From: Klebsiella phage ZCKP1
DNA length: 64,000 nucleotides
Strand: one strand, 5' to 3'
Sequence record: MH252123.1
The first letter of the stretch is position 1; every line of letters starts with the position of its first letter. The translations under genes and the position numbers were made by a program. Positions 1 through 8,591 of the stretch are shown here, piece by piece. The notes beneath the pieces were generated by a model, which searched no databases, had not been told where the DNA came from, and saw nothing but the letters and a program-made list of their open reading frames with translations.

Positions 1-16
1 TAATCCAGGAGAAAAT

Positions 17-235
17 ATGACTAAAATGTATGCAGCCGTTGATAAGCTGGATGGGTCTGATTCTGTTTTTATTTTGAATAAAATGGGTGTCTTAGTTTAT
101 GCCCGAACTTCTCAAAACATAGAACACCAAGTGGAAGCAGCACAAATTTTAGAGCAAATAACCCCTCCATACCTATACTCAAATGTTGAGCGTTTTAACG
201 ATGCACTTGGTTTGACGTTAATAGCGGAATGGTAA
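17..235 (+). CDS. hypothetical protein (72 aa)
   Basis: ATG ORF after a purine-rich RBS (aggagaaaat ATG); no recognisable motifs. Confidence 0.45.
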   Translation: MTKMYAAVDKLDGSDSVFILNKMGVLVYARTSQNIEHQVEAAQILEQITPPYLYSNVERFNDALGLTLIAEW

Positions 236-435
236 TAATGGCGAAAATGTTGGAAATTGATAATGTCGTAACAATCACTACGTCCATACCTTGTCCTCCT
301 ATGCCTTGCCCCTATTGTGGTGGTGCAGGATATGTTATGGCGGATGTAGGTCAAATTTACGAGTGCAACCCATGCAAAACCACAGGTTATATCCAAATAG
401 AATCAGAGGAGAAACACTATGAGCCAAAACGCTAA
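229..435 (+). CDS. small zinc-ribbon protein (CPYCGG...CNPC)
   Basis: two Cys pairs; start overlaps previous stop (TAATAATGG). Confidence 0.45.
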   Translation: MVIMAKMLEIDNVVTITTSIPCPPMPCPYCGGAGYVMADVGQIYECNPCKTTGYIQIESEEKHYEPKR

Positions 436-868
436 AGAAAAAGAAGTAATCACGGTAATCCGTCAGATGGAAGGTGCCGAAAACAATGCTTTTGTTACTA
501 AGATTCTTCTTAATATCTTTGAAGATGTTATTTTAAACAACCCTGGTCATAAAGATTATCAGTATGATGTTATGATGGGTGCTTTGCTTGAGATTAACAA
601 AAACACTTTTGCTGAATATGAGCAACACATGCTTTTACCAGAGGAAGATCAGGATTATTTGTTATCTGGTGCTTTAAGTGCACAAGAAAATTTCTACCAC
701 GTTCTTAATATGGCTTATGCAGATGAACTTGCTGTTTCCCTTGAAGAGCGGATTCAAATGGTTCGTGACGTAATGAATGAACAAATCCGAGAAGTTGAAG
801 ATCTGGTAGCAGAGCCTTTAGCAGAAATTCGTGCAGCTATTGAAAAACAAAAAGGAACTCAATCATGA
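419..868 (+). CDS. hypothetical protein (149 aa)
   Basis: ORF with an RBS; overlaps neighbouring genes, consistent with translational coupling. Confidence 0.5.
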   Translation: MSQNAKEKEVITVIRQMEGAENNAFVTKILLNIFEDVILNNPGHKDYQYDVMMGALLEINKNTFAEYEQHMLLPEEDQDYLLSGALSAQENFYHVLNMAYADELAVSLEERIQMVRDVMNEQIREVEDLVAEPLAEIRAAIEKQKGTQS

Positions 869-1032
869 TGCAAGTAGGTGATGTGGTTTGTCTTAAAGGT
901 GCAAACAAACAAATGACAGTAATAGAAAGTTATGGTGAATCTTGTAAAGTAACTTGGTTTGATGAAAACGGGGAGTTGCAACACGCTATATTCGATCAAA
1001 AAGCTTTGAGGAAGGTTGAAGAAAAAGAATGA
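865..1032 (+). CDS. small hypothetical protein (55 aa, below ORF-track cutoff)
   Basis: ATGATG start overlapping the upstream stop (TCATGATG); ends at TGA 1030-1032, overlapping the next ATG. Confidence 0.35.
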   Translation: MMQVGDVVCLKGANKQMTVIESYGESCKVTWFDENGELQHAIFDQKALRKVEEKE

Positions 1033-1292
1033 GCCATCCGTCAATATTTTTCTGTTTTGTAGATCTTGAAAACGAGTCTTTAATCGTTGATAGTGAGGGT
1101 TACTTCACTTATTGGGAATCCGAGCACGAAACTATAAGTGTAGTGAAAGAAATTATGCAAACCAATCCAAACCTACCAGCACATAAGTACGGTATTGCAA
1201 AAGTGTTTGTTACTAAAACAGAGTACACAAAAGAGCGAAGCACTTTGTACCATAATATTGAAGTGATTCACTATTTCAAAGATGTTATTTAG
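1029..1292 (+). CDS. hypothetical protein (87 aa)
   Basis: ORF in a translationally coupled series. Confidence 0.45.
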   Translation: MSHPSIFFCFVDLENESLIVDSEGYFTYWESEHETISVVKEIMQTNPNLPAHKYGIAKVFVTKTEYTKERSTLYHNIEVIHYFKDVI

Positions 1293-1300
1293 GAGGTTAT

Positions 1301-1909
1301 ATGGAAGAGAAGATTTGGGATGGTAAAGATCCTTTAGAAGTTGGACACGTAGCGCGTGTCAAAAAATCTACTACAGGTCCTGGTTTTTCTGGTTTGTATC
1401 ATATACCAGAAGAAGGTCAGCACGTTACAATTTTGGCTCGTGACAAACAAAACGGAGCAACGCCTGTGTGGATTGTTCGTTGGTATGACAAAGATCTTAA
1501 CATTTGCTTGTCACCTATTATGGCTCATTTGCTGGAAGCCCCTTGCTCTGAAGAAGCTCTAATTTTTGTTTCGGCTTTTCAGAAAGCCACAGGTTTAACA
1601 TTAGATGCAAAAGATGTGCAAAAAGCATTTGACATTATTCAGGAAGACAACGATACTACATCTAACGACGAACTGGTTGAAGTTACAATCTTATCTTCAG
1701 CAGATATTCGAGAGATTGATAATTGTGATTTTCCAATCACATTTAAAATGTCACAGAAAGACGTGCAGTCATCTGGAAGTTGTTTTGGTATACCTCGTTG
1801 GTTTTTTGATTCTATCAAAAATTCTACTACAGAGGGATCAGACTATGATCAAGATGACATGCTTTGGTTCTTAAAAAACCGAGAGATTGTTCTCTCACCA
1901 CTTAAGTAA
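1301..1909 (+). CDS. hypothetical protein (202 aa)
   Basis: RBS aggaggttat ATG; no motif recognised. Confidence 0.5.
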   Translation: MEEKIWDGKDPLEVGHVARVKKSTTGPGFSGLYHIPEEGQHVTILARDKQNGATPVWIVRWYDKDLNICLSPIMAHLLEAPCSEEALIFVSAFQKATGLTLDAKDVQKAFDIIQEDNDTTSNDELVEVTILSSADIREIDNCDFPITFKMSQKDVQSSGSCFGIPRWFFDSIKNSTTEGSDYDQDDMLWFLKNREIVLSPLK

Positions 1910-2072
1910 GGAGAAATAATGGTTTCATTTATTGTAGGTGTAGTTGTAGGCTATCTTATTAACAAATATCAAGACGTTATCACGGCAAAAGTAAAAGACA
2001 TTTTAGACTCATCTAAATAATCTATCAAAGCTGCATCTTCAATAGGTGCAGCCTTTTAAAAGGAGATATGGC

Positions 2073-2246
2073 ATGACTAAACGCACTGATTTTAAATGTA
2101 TGCATTGTGGGAAATCTTTTGGGGATCATCAAGCTCGCACATTCAACTGTCCACGTAAAGGTCGCGGAAATTTTAAAGGTTTTAATCCCGCACATGTTTA
2201 TTCTCCAGATTACGATAAGCCAGAAGAAGAAAAATTTGTTATTTAA
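2073..2246 (+). CDS. small zinc-finger protein (CMHCGK...CPRKGRG)
   Basis: RBS aaaaggagatatggc ATG at 2073; internal start chosen over the track start at 2046. Confidence 0.45.
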   Translation: MTKRTDFKCMHCGKSFGDHQARTFNCPRKGRGNFKGFNPAHVYSPDYDKPEEEKFVI

Positions 2247-2258
2247 TAAGGAGGTCAT

Positions 2259-2540
2259 ATGGAACTCGTTCAAGAACTGTATAATGCTTTAGGAGCAAAA
2301 GGAAAAGATTGGCCCGAACATGCGCTTATCGCTATAAGAGACTCCGATGGTGAGATTAAGTTCTCTAGTGTAAGTAAAGAACACATCGTAGAAACAAAGT
2401 TTGGTATTTACATGCGTGGAACTTATTGCTTATTCAACACCAGAATGGTAGAAGCCCCTGTTATCGAGTGTGGAACAAAAGGTTGCCCCACAATCGTAAC
2501 AAAATCTGAATATGAGAAGTTTTTCTACGCTAAAGCTTGA
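2259..2540 (+). CDS. hypothetical protein (93 aa)
   Basis: RBS taaggaggtcat ATG. Confidence 0.5.
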   Translation: MELVQELYNALGAKGKDWPEHALIAIRDSDGEIKFSSVSKEHIVETKFGIYMRGTYCLFNTRMVEAPVIECGTKGCPTIVTKSEYEKFFYAKA

Positions 2541-2583
2541 CACAGAAACAATACTGTAGGATAGTGATCCTATCGTAGCAATA

Positions 2584-2607
2584 GAACCCGCTTCGGCGGG
2601 TTTTTTC
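2584..2607 (+). terminator. rho-independent terminator (AACCCGCTTCGGCGGGTTTTTT)
   Basis: GC hairpin with CTTCGG loop followed by a T6 run. Confidence 0.6.
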
Positions 2608-2631
2608 ATATCTGTAGCAATAGGAGGTCGT

Positions 2632-2862
2632 GTGTTAAATAAAATCGAAGAAGGTTGTATGGCATTTTTGGTAGATAACCCGTTTCCGTTTATGGTTAAG
2701 ATCCACGTAGGAGAGTATTTAGGTAATGACGAATGGGATTGTAGTATCAATAGTGAAATGCACCACTACCAACCAACAATCCTTAAGATGGATCAAATGG
2801 CGCGTATTACAGTAGAGGATGAATTGATTATTGAGTTATACGAGAGAGCACTACACAAGTAA
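2632..2862 (+). CDS. hypothetical protein (76 aa, GTG start)
   Basis: RBS taggaggtc then GTG. Confidence 0.4.
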   Translation: MLNKIEEGCMAFLVDNPFPFMVKIHVGEYLGNDEWDCSINSEMHHYQPTILKMDQMARITVEDELIIELYERALHK

Positions 2863-2895
2863 GCTAGAACCCACCTAAATCAAACAGAGACGCTC

Positions 2896-2927
2896 TAAAA
2901 TAGAAAAGGCACCCAAGTGGGTGCCTT
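2896..2927. terminator. bidirectional terminator hairpin (GGCACCCAAGTGGGTGCC) between convergent units
   Basis: perfect 8-bp stem flanked by A run on one side and T run on the other. Confidence 0.55.
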
Positions 2928-2931
2928 TATT

Positions 2932-3204
2932 TTATTCTTCGTTAGATTGCGTTTCAGACGCGTTAAATTCGGTTTCAGTACAACTTGCTAGGTAACTTAT
3001 GTTTTGCATCACTACAACTACAGGTGTTTGAAGTTTATCTTCTAGCCCAGCAGCCACTTGAGCCAAGGCATTATCAATATTTGATTTCCTAACACCTGTT
3101 CCATGCCCTGTTGCCAAGTAAAGATTACCTTCCCCTTTTTGTGTAGCATTAGCAAAGTAGTAAACGTAATGTGCAAGGTAGTAATCACGGATTTCTTCAG
3201 TCAT
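2932..3204 (-). CDS. hypothetical protein (90 aa)
   Basis: RBS aggagaataaa ATG; last gene of the minus-strand unit. Confidence 0.45.
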   Translation of the reverse strand: MTEEIRDYYLAHYVYYFANATQKGEGNLYLATGHGTGVRKSNIDNALAQVAAGLEDKLQTPVVVVMQNISYLASCTETEFNASETQSNEE

Positions 3205-3215
3205 TTTATTCTCCT

Positions 3216-3243
3216 AATAAGAAAGGGGCCGAAGCCCCCTTGA
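3216..3243 (-). terminator. terminator hairpin GGGGCCGAAGCCCC + T-rich tail (minus sense)
   Basis: stem-loop with the same GGGGCCGAAGCCCC core as the hairpins at 15306 and 19912. Confidence 0.55.
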
Positions 3244-3248
3244 GTGGT

Positions 3249-4049
3249 TTATTTGTTTAAATGGTCTTCAACCATTTTGATAAAGCCTTCATCACTGAAG
3301 ACTGTTCCTGCTTTCTCTCGGTAGACAAGCACTCCACGTTCTTCGTAGAGAGTTTGTTCTACAAAATTCAAACCTGGGTTAACTACAACCATCTTAACCC
3401 CAATATTCAGGGCAGGGAAGAGTTCCCAGTTGAAGTTGATTACTTGGTTAGAGCAGCCTACAACGATAACCATATCTTGTGATGTTAGTTGATCTAGTTT
3501 GTGATACATGTCTGTGTAGAGTGGTGCATTCTCACCAAAAAACACCACATTAGGCTTCACATATTTGTAATCGTCTACATCAATAGCTGCGTAACCCACA
3601 TCTTTGATAATTTTGTTATCAACAACAACTTCTGGCAAGAAACCATGAACGTGCAATATTTCTTCTCTATCGATTCCAGCGCGCTCTAATAGATCGTCAA
3701 CGTTAGTAGTGATGTTAATAATCCTTTCTGCACCGTATTTTTCGAACCATTCTCCAATCTGAAGATGTGCTGGATTCGGGTCAACTTTCTCTAATTCCAC
3801 ACGACGTTTATTGTAGAAGTCGTGAGTTTTACGGTAGAGGTTATATCCTTCCACATCTAAACCACCCATAGCATCAGGAATACCCTGTTCTTGCTGATAA
3901 CCGTCACGGAAGTTGAAAATGTCACAGACTTCTGTTAAATCGTATTCATCCCATAATGCCTTTCCAGAATCTGTTTCTGTGCGAAATGTTTGGATTCCGC
4001 TGTCAGCACTTAGTCCCGCACCACTAATAAAATATACACGTCTTGGCAT
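3249..4049 (-). CDS. cobB: Sir2-family NAD-dependent deacylase/ADP-ribosyltransferase (CobB-like sirtuin without Zn-binding Cys module)
   Basis: FISGAGLSADSGIQTFR, TNVDDLLERAG, HVHGFL, VVFFGE and VVGCSNQV align with bacterial CobB sirtuin motifs; no CxxC pairs. Confidence 0.8.
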   Translation of the reverse strand: MPRRVYFISGAGLSADSGIQTFRTETDSGKALWDEYDLTEVCDIFNFRDGYQQEQGIPDAMGGLDVEGYNLYRKTHDFYNKRRVELEKVDPNPAHLQIGEWFEKYGAERIINITTNVDDLLERAGIDREEILHVHGFLPEVVVDNKIIKDVGYAAIDVDDYKYVKPNVVFFGENAPLYTDMYHKLDQLTSQDMVIVVGCSNQVINFNWELFPALNIGVKMVVVNPGLNFVEQTLYEERGVLVYREKAGTVFSDEGFIKMVEDHLNK

Positions 4050-4522
4050 TATTCGTCCTCCTCAAATGGATCATAAGAATCATATTCGTAAGTATCATCT
4101 TCTGAAAATTCTACTTCGAAATAAATATCAAACTCTGCAAACAGACGTAGGATGTTAGACATGCTGTAATAATTATCGTAGGCAGATTCAGCTTCATAGT
4201 AAACATAAAGCAAATGGTTAGCCTTATCATCTTCCAAATATTTCCCGTCTGCATACGCATAGTCTGCATATGCTTTACCTGCATCTTCCACAAGAGAACG
4301 ATCAAGCAGAGTAGGAAATGGTTTCTCTTTTTCTTTTAGTTTGCTCACCAACCAATGTGCAATATCATTCCATTCTGCATCCATACCACTAAAGCAACTT
4401 GCTTCTTCTCCAAAAGAAGCTTCTCCTAAATCGCCACTAATACGAACAACATTAGATGAACTATAGCCACACGTTTCACAATCAGAGTAACTATTATGCA
4501 CATTAACATTTACTTGAAACAT
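4049..4522 (-). CDS. highly acidic hypothetical protein (157 aa, D/E/Y-rich)
   Basis: ORF coupled to the sirtuin gene by a TAATG overlap. Confidence 0.45.
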   Translation of the reverse strand: MFQVNVNVHNSYSDCETCGYSSSNVVRISGDLGEASFGEEASCFSGMDAEWNDIAHWLVSKLKEKEKPFPTLLDRSLVEDAGKAYADYAYADGKYLEDDKANHLLYVYYEAESAYDNYYSMSNILRLFAEFDIYFEVEFSEDDTYEYDSYDPFEEDE

Positions 4523-4580
4523 ATTCCCTCCTATAAAAGAAAAGCCCCCTGAAACAGGAGGCTTTGTTCAGATATCGGCA

Positions 4581-5234
4581 CTATACCAGACTTTGAAGGT
4601 ATTTGTCAAGGGCTTCTTGATCACCTTGACAAACATAGCAACGGAAGTCTTGAGCCGAAGGTTGTTTATTTTCATCCCAGTCCCAATAAACATTACCCTT
4701 ATAACGTGAACCAGGAAACTCAAAAGAGGCTGTATGTGTAATGTATCCTGGGCCACCAGTGAAATCACAGAATGAGAATTGGGGGTATGCCGCCTTTACT
4801 GCCTCAATAAACCAAGCTTTACGATCTAAGGCTTCATTGATGCTATACGCATGTCTCTCCATTTCTTCCCAAGTCTTCCAGACACTTCTCTCATCAGGAG
4901 AAAAGACAAGCCATTCTGGAAGGTAGAGAGTGTCATAGTAATCATCATATTCGATCTCGGAGGCGCACGAAGCTGACTCCTCCAGTTTTGAGTAATCAAA
5001 AGCAGAATATACCCACCAACCATCTTCCAGTAAGGCTTTGATAGGGACGAAGCCTTTATCAGCATATTGATCGAATTGTTTGACACGGTGGCTTGTGCAG
5101 TCTTCAAACTCACATTCTAAACGATATGCACCTTTTCGACGAGCCTCAAGACCGTGTGTACTGAAAATAACAACACTTCCTTCACCATCATTACGATCTA
5201 CTTGATAAGCAACCACTGGTTTTGAATTTGACAT
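4581..5234 (-). CDS. hypothetical protein (217 aa)
   Basis: ORF in the same operon; no motif recognised. Confidence 0.5.
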   Translation of the reverse strand: MSNSKPVVAYQVDRNDGEGSVVIFSTHGLEARRKGAYRLECEFEDCTSHRVKQFDQYADKGFVPIKALLEDGWWVYSAFDYSKLEESASCASEIEYDDYYDTLYLPEWLVFSPDERSVWKTWEEMERHAYSINEALDRKAWFIEAVKAAYPQFSFCDFTGGPGYITHTASFEFPGSRYKGNVYWDWDENKQPSAQDFRCYVCQGDQEALDKYLQSLV

Positions 5235-5917
5235 TATTTCTCCTTATCTAGAAGATTGTTAGACAAAAACACTGCACGAGCAAAACCACGTGCGGTTAGT
5301 GATCTAAGTTGTTTTGTTTTTGCACTAGCTCCACCTAAGCTTTTCCAACCCCAGAAGCAGCCTATATGATCTACTGGTTTCTTCACTGGTTGAACAAAAC
5401 CATTGCCGTGCCAAATACAAGTTTTCTTTGTATACCCATCACGGGTAGGCATTTTAGGATGAAAGCTTCCTTCCTCTTCAAACAAATACCCACCATACTC
5501 ATAAGGATCAAAGTAAAAATCGGGTTTACGCCATAAGGTTGAAAGTTTACCTACTGGGTTCTCAATCATCCAAGGAACATTATATTTGTTACCCAAAGCT
5601 TCCACTACACGAATATTAGCTAAAGCTTCATCTAGTTCCTCTGTGCTACGTTCGTGTTTGCTACCACTACCTGCTAACATAGTGCAAGGTGGAAATCCAA
5701 AAATAATATCGGGTTTAGGTATCCCATGATCTTCAGGGTTGAATGTAGAATCTATCCAGGCATTCACATAGGTTATGTTTGGGTGCTCCATCCTAACCTC
5801 GTATTTACCGTGATCCCCTTCATCAGCGTTTACACAAAAACACTTGTGACCTGCTTCGGCATAACGTAACACCATGATCCCAGATCCGTCAAACATAGAC
5901 AAAACTGTTTTACTCAT
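5234..5917 (-). CDS. C5-cytosine methyltransferase-like protein (motifs I FDGSG, IV PPC, VI ENP) lacking an obvious target-recognition domain
   Basis: LSMFDGSG, GFPPCTMLAGSG and MIENPVG; start moved to internal ATG at 5917 (ATGA overlap with upstream stop, RBS GGAGGGG). Confidence 0.55.
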   Translation of the reverse strand: MSKTVLSMFDGSGIMVLRYAEAGHKCFCVNADEGDHGKYEVRMEHPNITYVNAWIDSTFNPEDHGIPKPDIIFGFPPCTMLAGSGSKHERSTEELDEALANIRVVEALGNKYNVPWMIENPVGKLSTLWRKPDFYFDPYEYGGYLFEEEGSFHPKMPTRDGYTKKTCIWHGNGFVQPVKKPVDHIGCFWGWKSLGGASAKTKQLRSLTARGFARAVFLSNNLLDKEK

Positions 5918-6323
5918 TACCCCTCCATTCAAGACAAGCCATAACTTTACGCCAATCACTTTCTGTAAGAAAAATCTCGTTTGCTTTCTTCCACAAATCT
6001 AAATCGTGAAGGGTTGGAATACGATATGTTAGTTCACAGAATCTATGCTCTTCTTCTGTAATATAACCAAAATGCAGAGCCACATCGTGAAACCAACACC
6101 AACCATGCATCTCTCGAACAACATGGTCATGTTGAGACATTATTTTATGCCGTAAACCTAACCAACAAGGAACAGATACTTTAGTAGTCTTTAATCTGTG
6201 ATCAACAGTATTAGAGTATTCAATAATAGCTGTCAGTTTCAATCGTGCTTTTTCTAAATCCTCATGCGTCACTTTGAAATAACTTTCTGAAAGATATCCA
6301 CACATATTAATAACCTCCTTCAA
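5910..6323 (-). CDS. hypothetical protein (137 aa, His/Trp-rich HDHVVREMHGWCWFHD)
   Basis: ORF overlapping both neighbours. Confidence 0.45.
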   Translation of the reverse strand: MKEVINMCGYLSESYFKVTHEDLEKARLKLTAIIEYSNTVDHRLKTTKVSVPCWLGLRHKIMSQHDHVVREMHGWCWFHDVALHFGYITEEEHRFCELTYRIPTLHDLDLWKKANEIFLTESDWRKVMACLEWRGNE

Positions 6324-7248
6324 AAGGCTTTACTACATGTTGATTAGCTTTAAAACGTTCAACATAGTCGTTTTCGCCCATGTTTTCATATAGCTTAGTA
6401 ACAACATAAAAGTTTTCCCAAGCATATTCCCTAAACCAACCACTAGTGATGGATGTGCAGACTTTAGATAAAGCCATTATAAAACTTTGCTTAGGGGTTG
6501 GACCTCCGATCTCTCCACCGAAAGGAATTTGTGAACGTTCCAAAGCCAAAACACACGCTTCTTCATAAACACCTAACAGGCGCACATGTTTTGGTTGAGC
6601 AAAAAACTTTTCTTTGCTGGTCATAACTTCACTTCCATCTTTCATATAAGATTTATATGCCGGAGCATCCATTACCGCGATTGCTTCATGGATAGAATCA
6701 TGATCATAAACATACGGAACCTCATCACCTTTAAAAAAGTCTTTACTTTTTACGTTTAAGTTCGGATGAGAGTAAGTGTATGTTTCTTTCTCACGCAACT
6801 CATAAATACTCTTAAGATTTTCTGGGATCTTTGCGCCCAGTGACCGCATGAAATGAATATCTTTCATAGTTTTAAAGAAGTGAGGACTATCCTTTTTAAA
6901 ACGATGACTCATTTTAAGAAGGTAGAGCACATCTAAAGGAGCAACAACATGTCCAGCGTAAGTTCGACGAACATCATCAGAATCTTCACAGTAACTAATC
7001 AAAGCTTCTGTGCTATCTCCTTGAGAAGCAATATCGTATTCCAAATGTGCACCAGCTATCATTTTGACATGGCCTTTGTTTCCTTTACGTTCTACAAGTT
7101 CAACAAACTCATCTTGAGAGAACATTTTTGATAATTCTTCCCACTCTTGTTCTGTACACAGGTAATCTAAATCTACACAAGGGCGATACAAGTCTTTTCC
7201 CATGTCCATAGCATGAATTTGTAATGCACGGCTACCAATTAACACCAT
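6307..7248 (-). CDS. nucleotidyltransferase-fold (pol-beta superfamily) protein
   Basis: N-terminal LIGSRALQIHAMDMGKDLYRPCVDLDYL matches the G[SG]-x(9-13)-DxD minimal NTase motif; RBS gaggagaaatatt ATG. Confidence 0.45.
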   Translation of the reverse strand: MVLIGSRALQIHAMDMGKDLYRPCVDLDYLCTEQEWEELSKMFSQDEFVELVERKGNKGHVKMIAGAHLEYDIASQGDSTEALISYCEDSDDVRRTYAGHVVAPLDVLYLLKMSHRFKKDSPHFFKTMKDIHFMRSLGAKIPENLKSIYELREKETYTYSHPNLNVKSKDFFKGDEVPYVYDHDSIHEAIAVMDAPAYKSYMKDGSEVMTSKEKFFAQPKHVRLLGVYEEACVLALERSQIPFGGEIGGPTPKQSFIMALSKVCTSITSGWFREYAWENFYVVTKLYENMGENDYVERFKANQHVVKPFEGGY

Positions 7249-7278
7249 AATATTTCTCCTCTATTGGTTGATAGGTTA

Positions 7279-7308
7279 AGTTTATCAAGCTTCCAGATTC
7301 CTGTCAAT
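7279..7308 (-). promoter_or_regulatory. sigma70-like promoter (TTGACA-18-TAAACT) driving the NTase-to-Sir2 operon
   Basis: on the minus strand, TTGACAGgaatctggaagcttgaTAAACT immediately follows the terminator T-run. Confidence 0.4.
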
Positions 7309-7334
7309 AAAAAACCCGCCGAAGCGGGTTATTA
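7309..7334 (-). terminator. terminator hairpin AACCCGCTTCGGCGGGTTTTTT (minus sense)
   Basis: GC stem, CTTCGG loop and T-run when read on the minus strand. Confidence 0.6.
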
Positions 7335-7338
7335 TTTA

Positions 7339-7611
7339 CTAACACATTGAGGAAGAAGAGATCCAAACACCTCTTGTGGTTAAACCATTTTCATCCAACT
7401 CTACACCATAATCTTCACAAATGAAATCAATATAGTGATCTGCGGCTGGCGTTCCTGTAGGGTAATAAGTTTCTCCGTTACCGTAGTCACCTATCCAAGC
7501 TTGTTCCTGAAACTGTTCACAAAGTTCTTCAATCTCCTTACGAAACTTTCTTTGTGCTTGTTCCATCTCTTTAACTTTCTTTTTTATCAGCAGTTCGCCT
7601 TCAGACTCCAC
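7339..7611 (-). CDS. small acidic protein, C-terminal GVWISSSSMC
   Basis: GTG start after AAGGAG; member of the W-x-S-S-S-C tail family. Confidence 0.5.
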   Translation of the reverse strand: MESEGELLIKKKVKEMEQAQRKFRKEIEELCEQFQEQAWIGDYGNGETYYPTGTPAADHYIDFICEDYGVELDENGLTTRGVWISSSSMC

Positions 7612-7620
7612 AATCTCTCC

Positions 7621-7839
7621 TTAACAGCTACTACTGTGCCAAACGCCTTGAGAATTAACGACGAAACCATCATCACCTTCACCATAACAAGAAGAGGATT
7701 GCCAATCTTCAAAACAGATTGCGTCATTTTCTAAACTAAGACCAAAACCAGCATCTTCAGCTTCTTTTGTAAGTTCGTCCACTAAAGCCATAATAGCTTG
7801 GGCTTTTTCAGTTAATTCTTCAACATTACGATCACTCAT
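7621..7839 (-). CDS. small acidic protein with two copies of W-[QH]-S-S-S-C (internal DWQSSSC, terminal GVWHSSSC)
   Basis: internal ATG at 7839 preceded by AGAGGAGAAATACTA; paralogue of 7339 and 8120. Confidence 0.5.
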   Translation of the reverse strand: MSDRNVEELTEKAQAIMALVDELTKEAEDAGFGLSLENDAICFEDWQSSSCYGEGDDGFVVNSQGVWHSSSC

Positions 7840-8147
7840 TAGTATTTCTCCTCTGGTTGGAAAACTGAACGACAAGCCCACATAGAAGCTTCTTTCAACT
7901 TAGTCTTTGCTATTGAAATTTGGTCAAGGCGGGTGGATATATTGGTAGACTCTTCCAAATCTTCACAATCATCCAGTTCAGCCCACAATTCAGACATTAG
8001 AGCATCAAAGATTAATCCTAATCGAACTTCAGCATCTTTAATAGCATTCACTTTACCAATTTTGTCATCGGTATGCGGTTTATAACCTTTGATATCTTCG
8101 ATTCCCACTTTACCTCCTATTAACAACTTAAAGAAGATGGATGCCAA
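7839..8147 (-). CDS. hypothetical protein (102 aa)
   Basis: ORF in a coupled array. Confidence 0.4.
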   Translation of the reverse strand: MASIFFKLLIGGKVGIEDIKGYKPHTDDKIGKVNAIKDAEVRLGLIFDALMSELWAELDDCEDLEESTNISTRLDQISIAKTKLKEASMWACRSVFQPEEKY

Positions 8148-8317
8148 TTTGTTCCAGTATTCTCATTTTCATCTTCTGGATCATAATAACCACCCATCCC
8201 ATATTCAGGGGAGAAACTGAAACCTTCACCAGTCTCGTCTGCTAACTGTTCTGCTTCCGCTAAAGCCTCATAAGCTGCTTTTACGGCTTCTTCTACTGTT
8301 TTAAACTTGGTCGTCAT
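8120..8317 (-). CDS. small acidic protein, C-terminal NWHPSSLSC
   Basis: RBS ggagaggagaaatttt ATG; same C-terminal Trp/Ser/Cys motif. Confidence 0.5.
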   Translation of the reverse strand: MTTKFKTVEEAVKAAYEALAEAEQLADETGEGFSFSPEYGMGGYYDPEDENENTGTNWHPSSLSC

Positions 8318-8591
8318 AAAATTTCTCCTCTCCTAAAGACATGTTGACATGAAATGCGCGGTATGTAAATTCGTTGTCCGTTGTGTTAGAATAAAACTCA
8401 AATTGAACAACACCGTCTTGAGAAGACAGATACATGCCAATTTGAACTGTTCCTTCTGGTACCAGGTAAGCATACTCTGGACGTAGTGTTACATTGTAAA
8501 AATAAAGTTCCCCAACACCCATTTCATCCCAAGCTTCCCAAGCGGTAACGAAGTTACTTTCAAAACTTGTTACTGATCCGAACTCTGCCAT
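8301..8591 (-). CDS. hypothetical protein (96 aa)
   Basis: start overlaps the upstream stop. Confidence 0.45.
   Translation of the reverse strand: MAEFGSVTSFESNFVTAWEAWDEMGVGELYFYNVTLRPEYAYLVPEGTVQIGMYLSSQDGVVQFEFYSNTTDNEFTYRAFHVNMSLGEEKFYDDQV

Noticed and set aside
1356-1874. Alternative-frame ORFs 1356..1562 and 1605..1874 inside the 202-aa gene
   Set aside because: Overlapped out-of-frame ORFs lacking RBS; the 1301..1909 frame has the RBS and coupling context.
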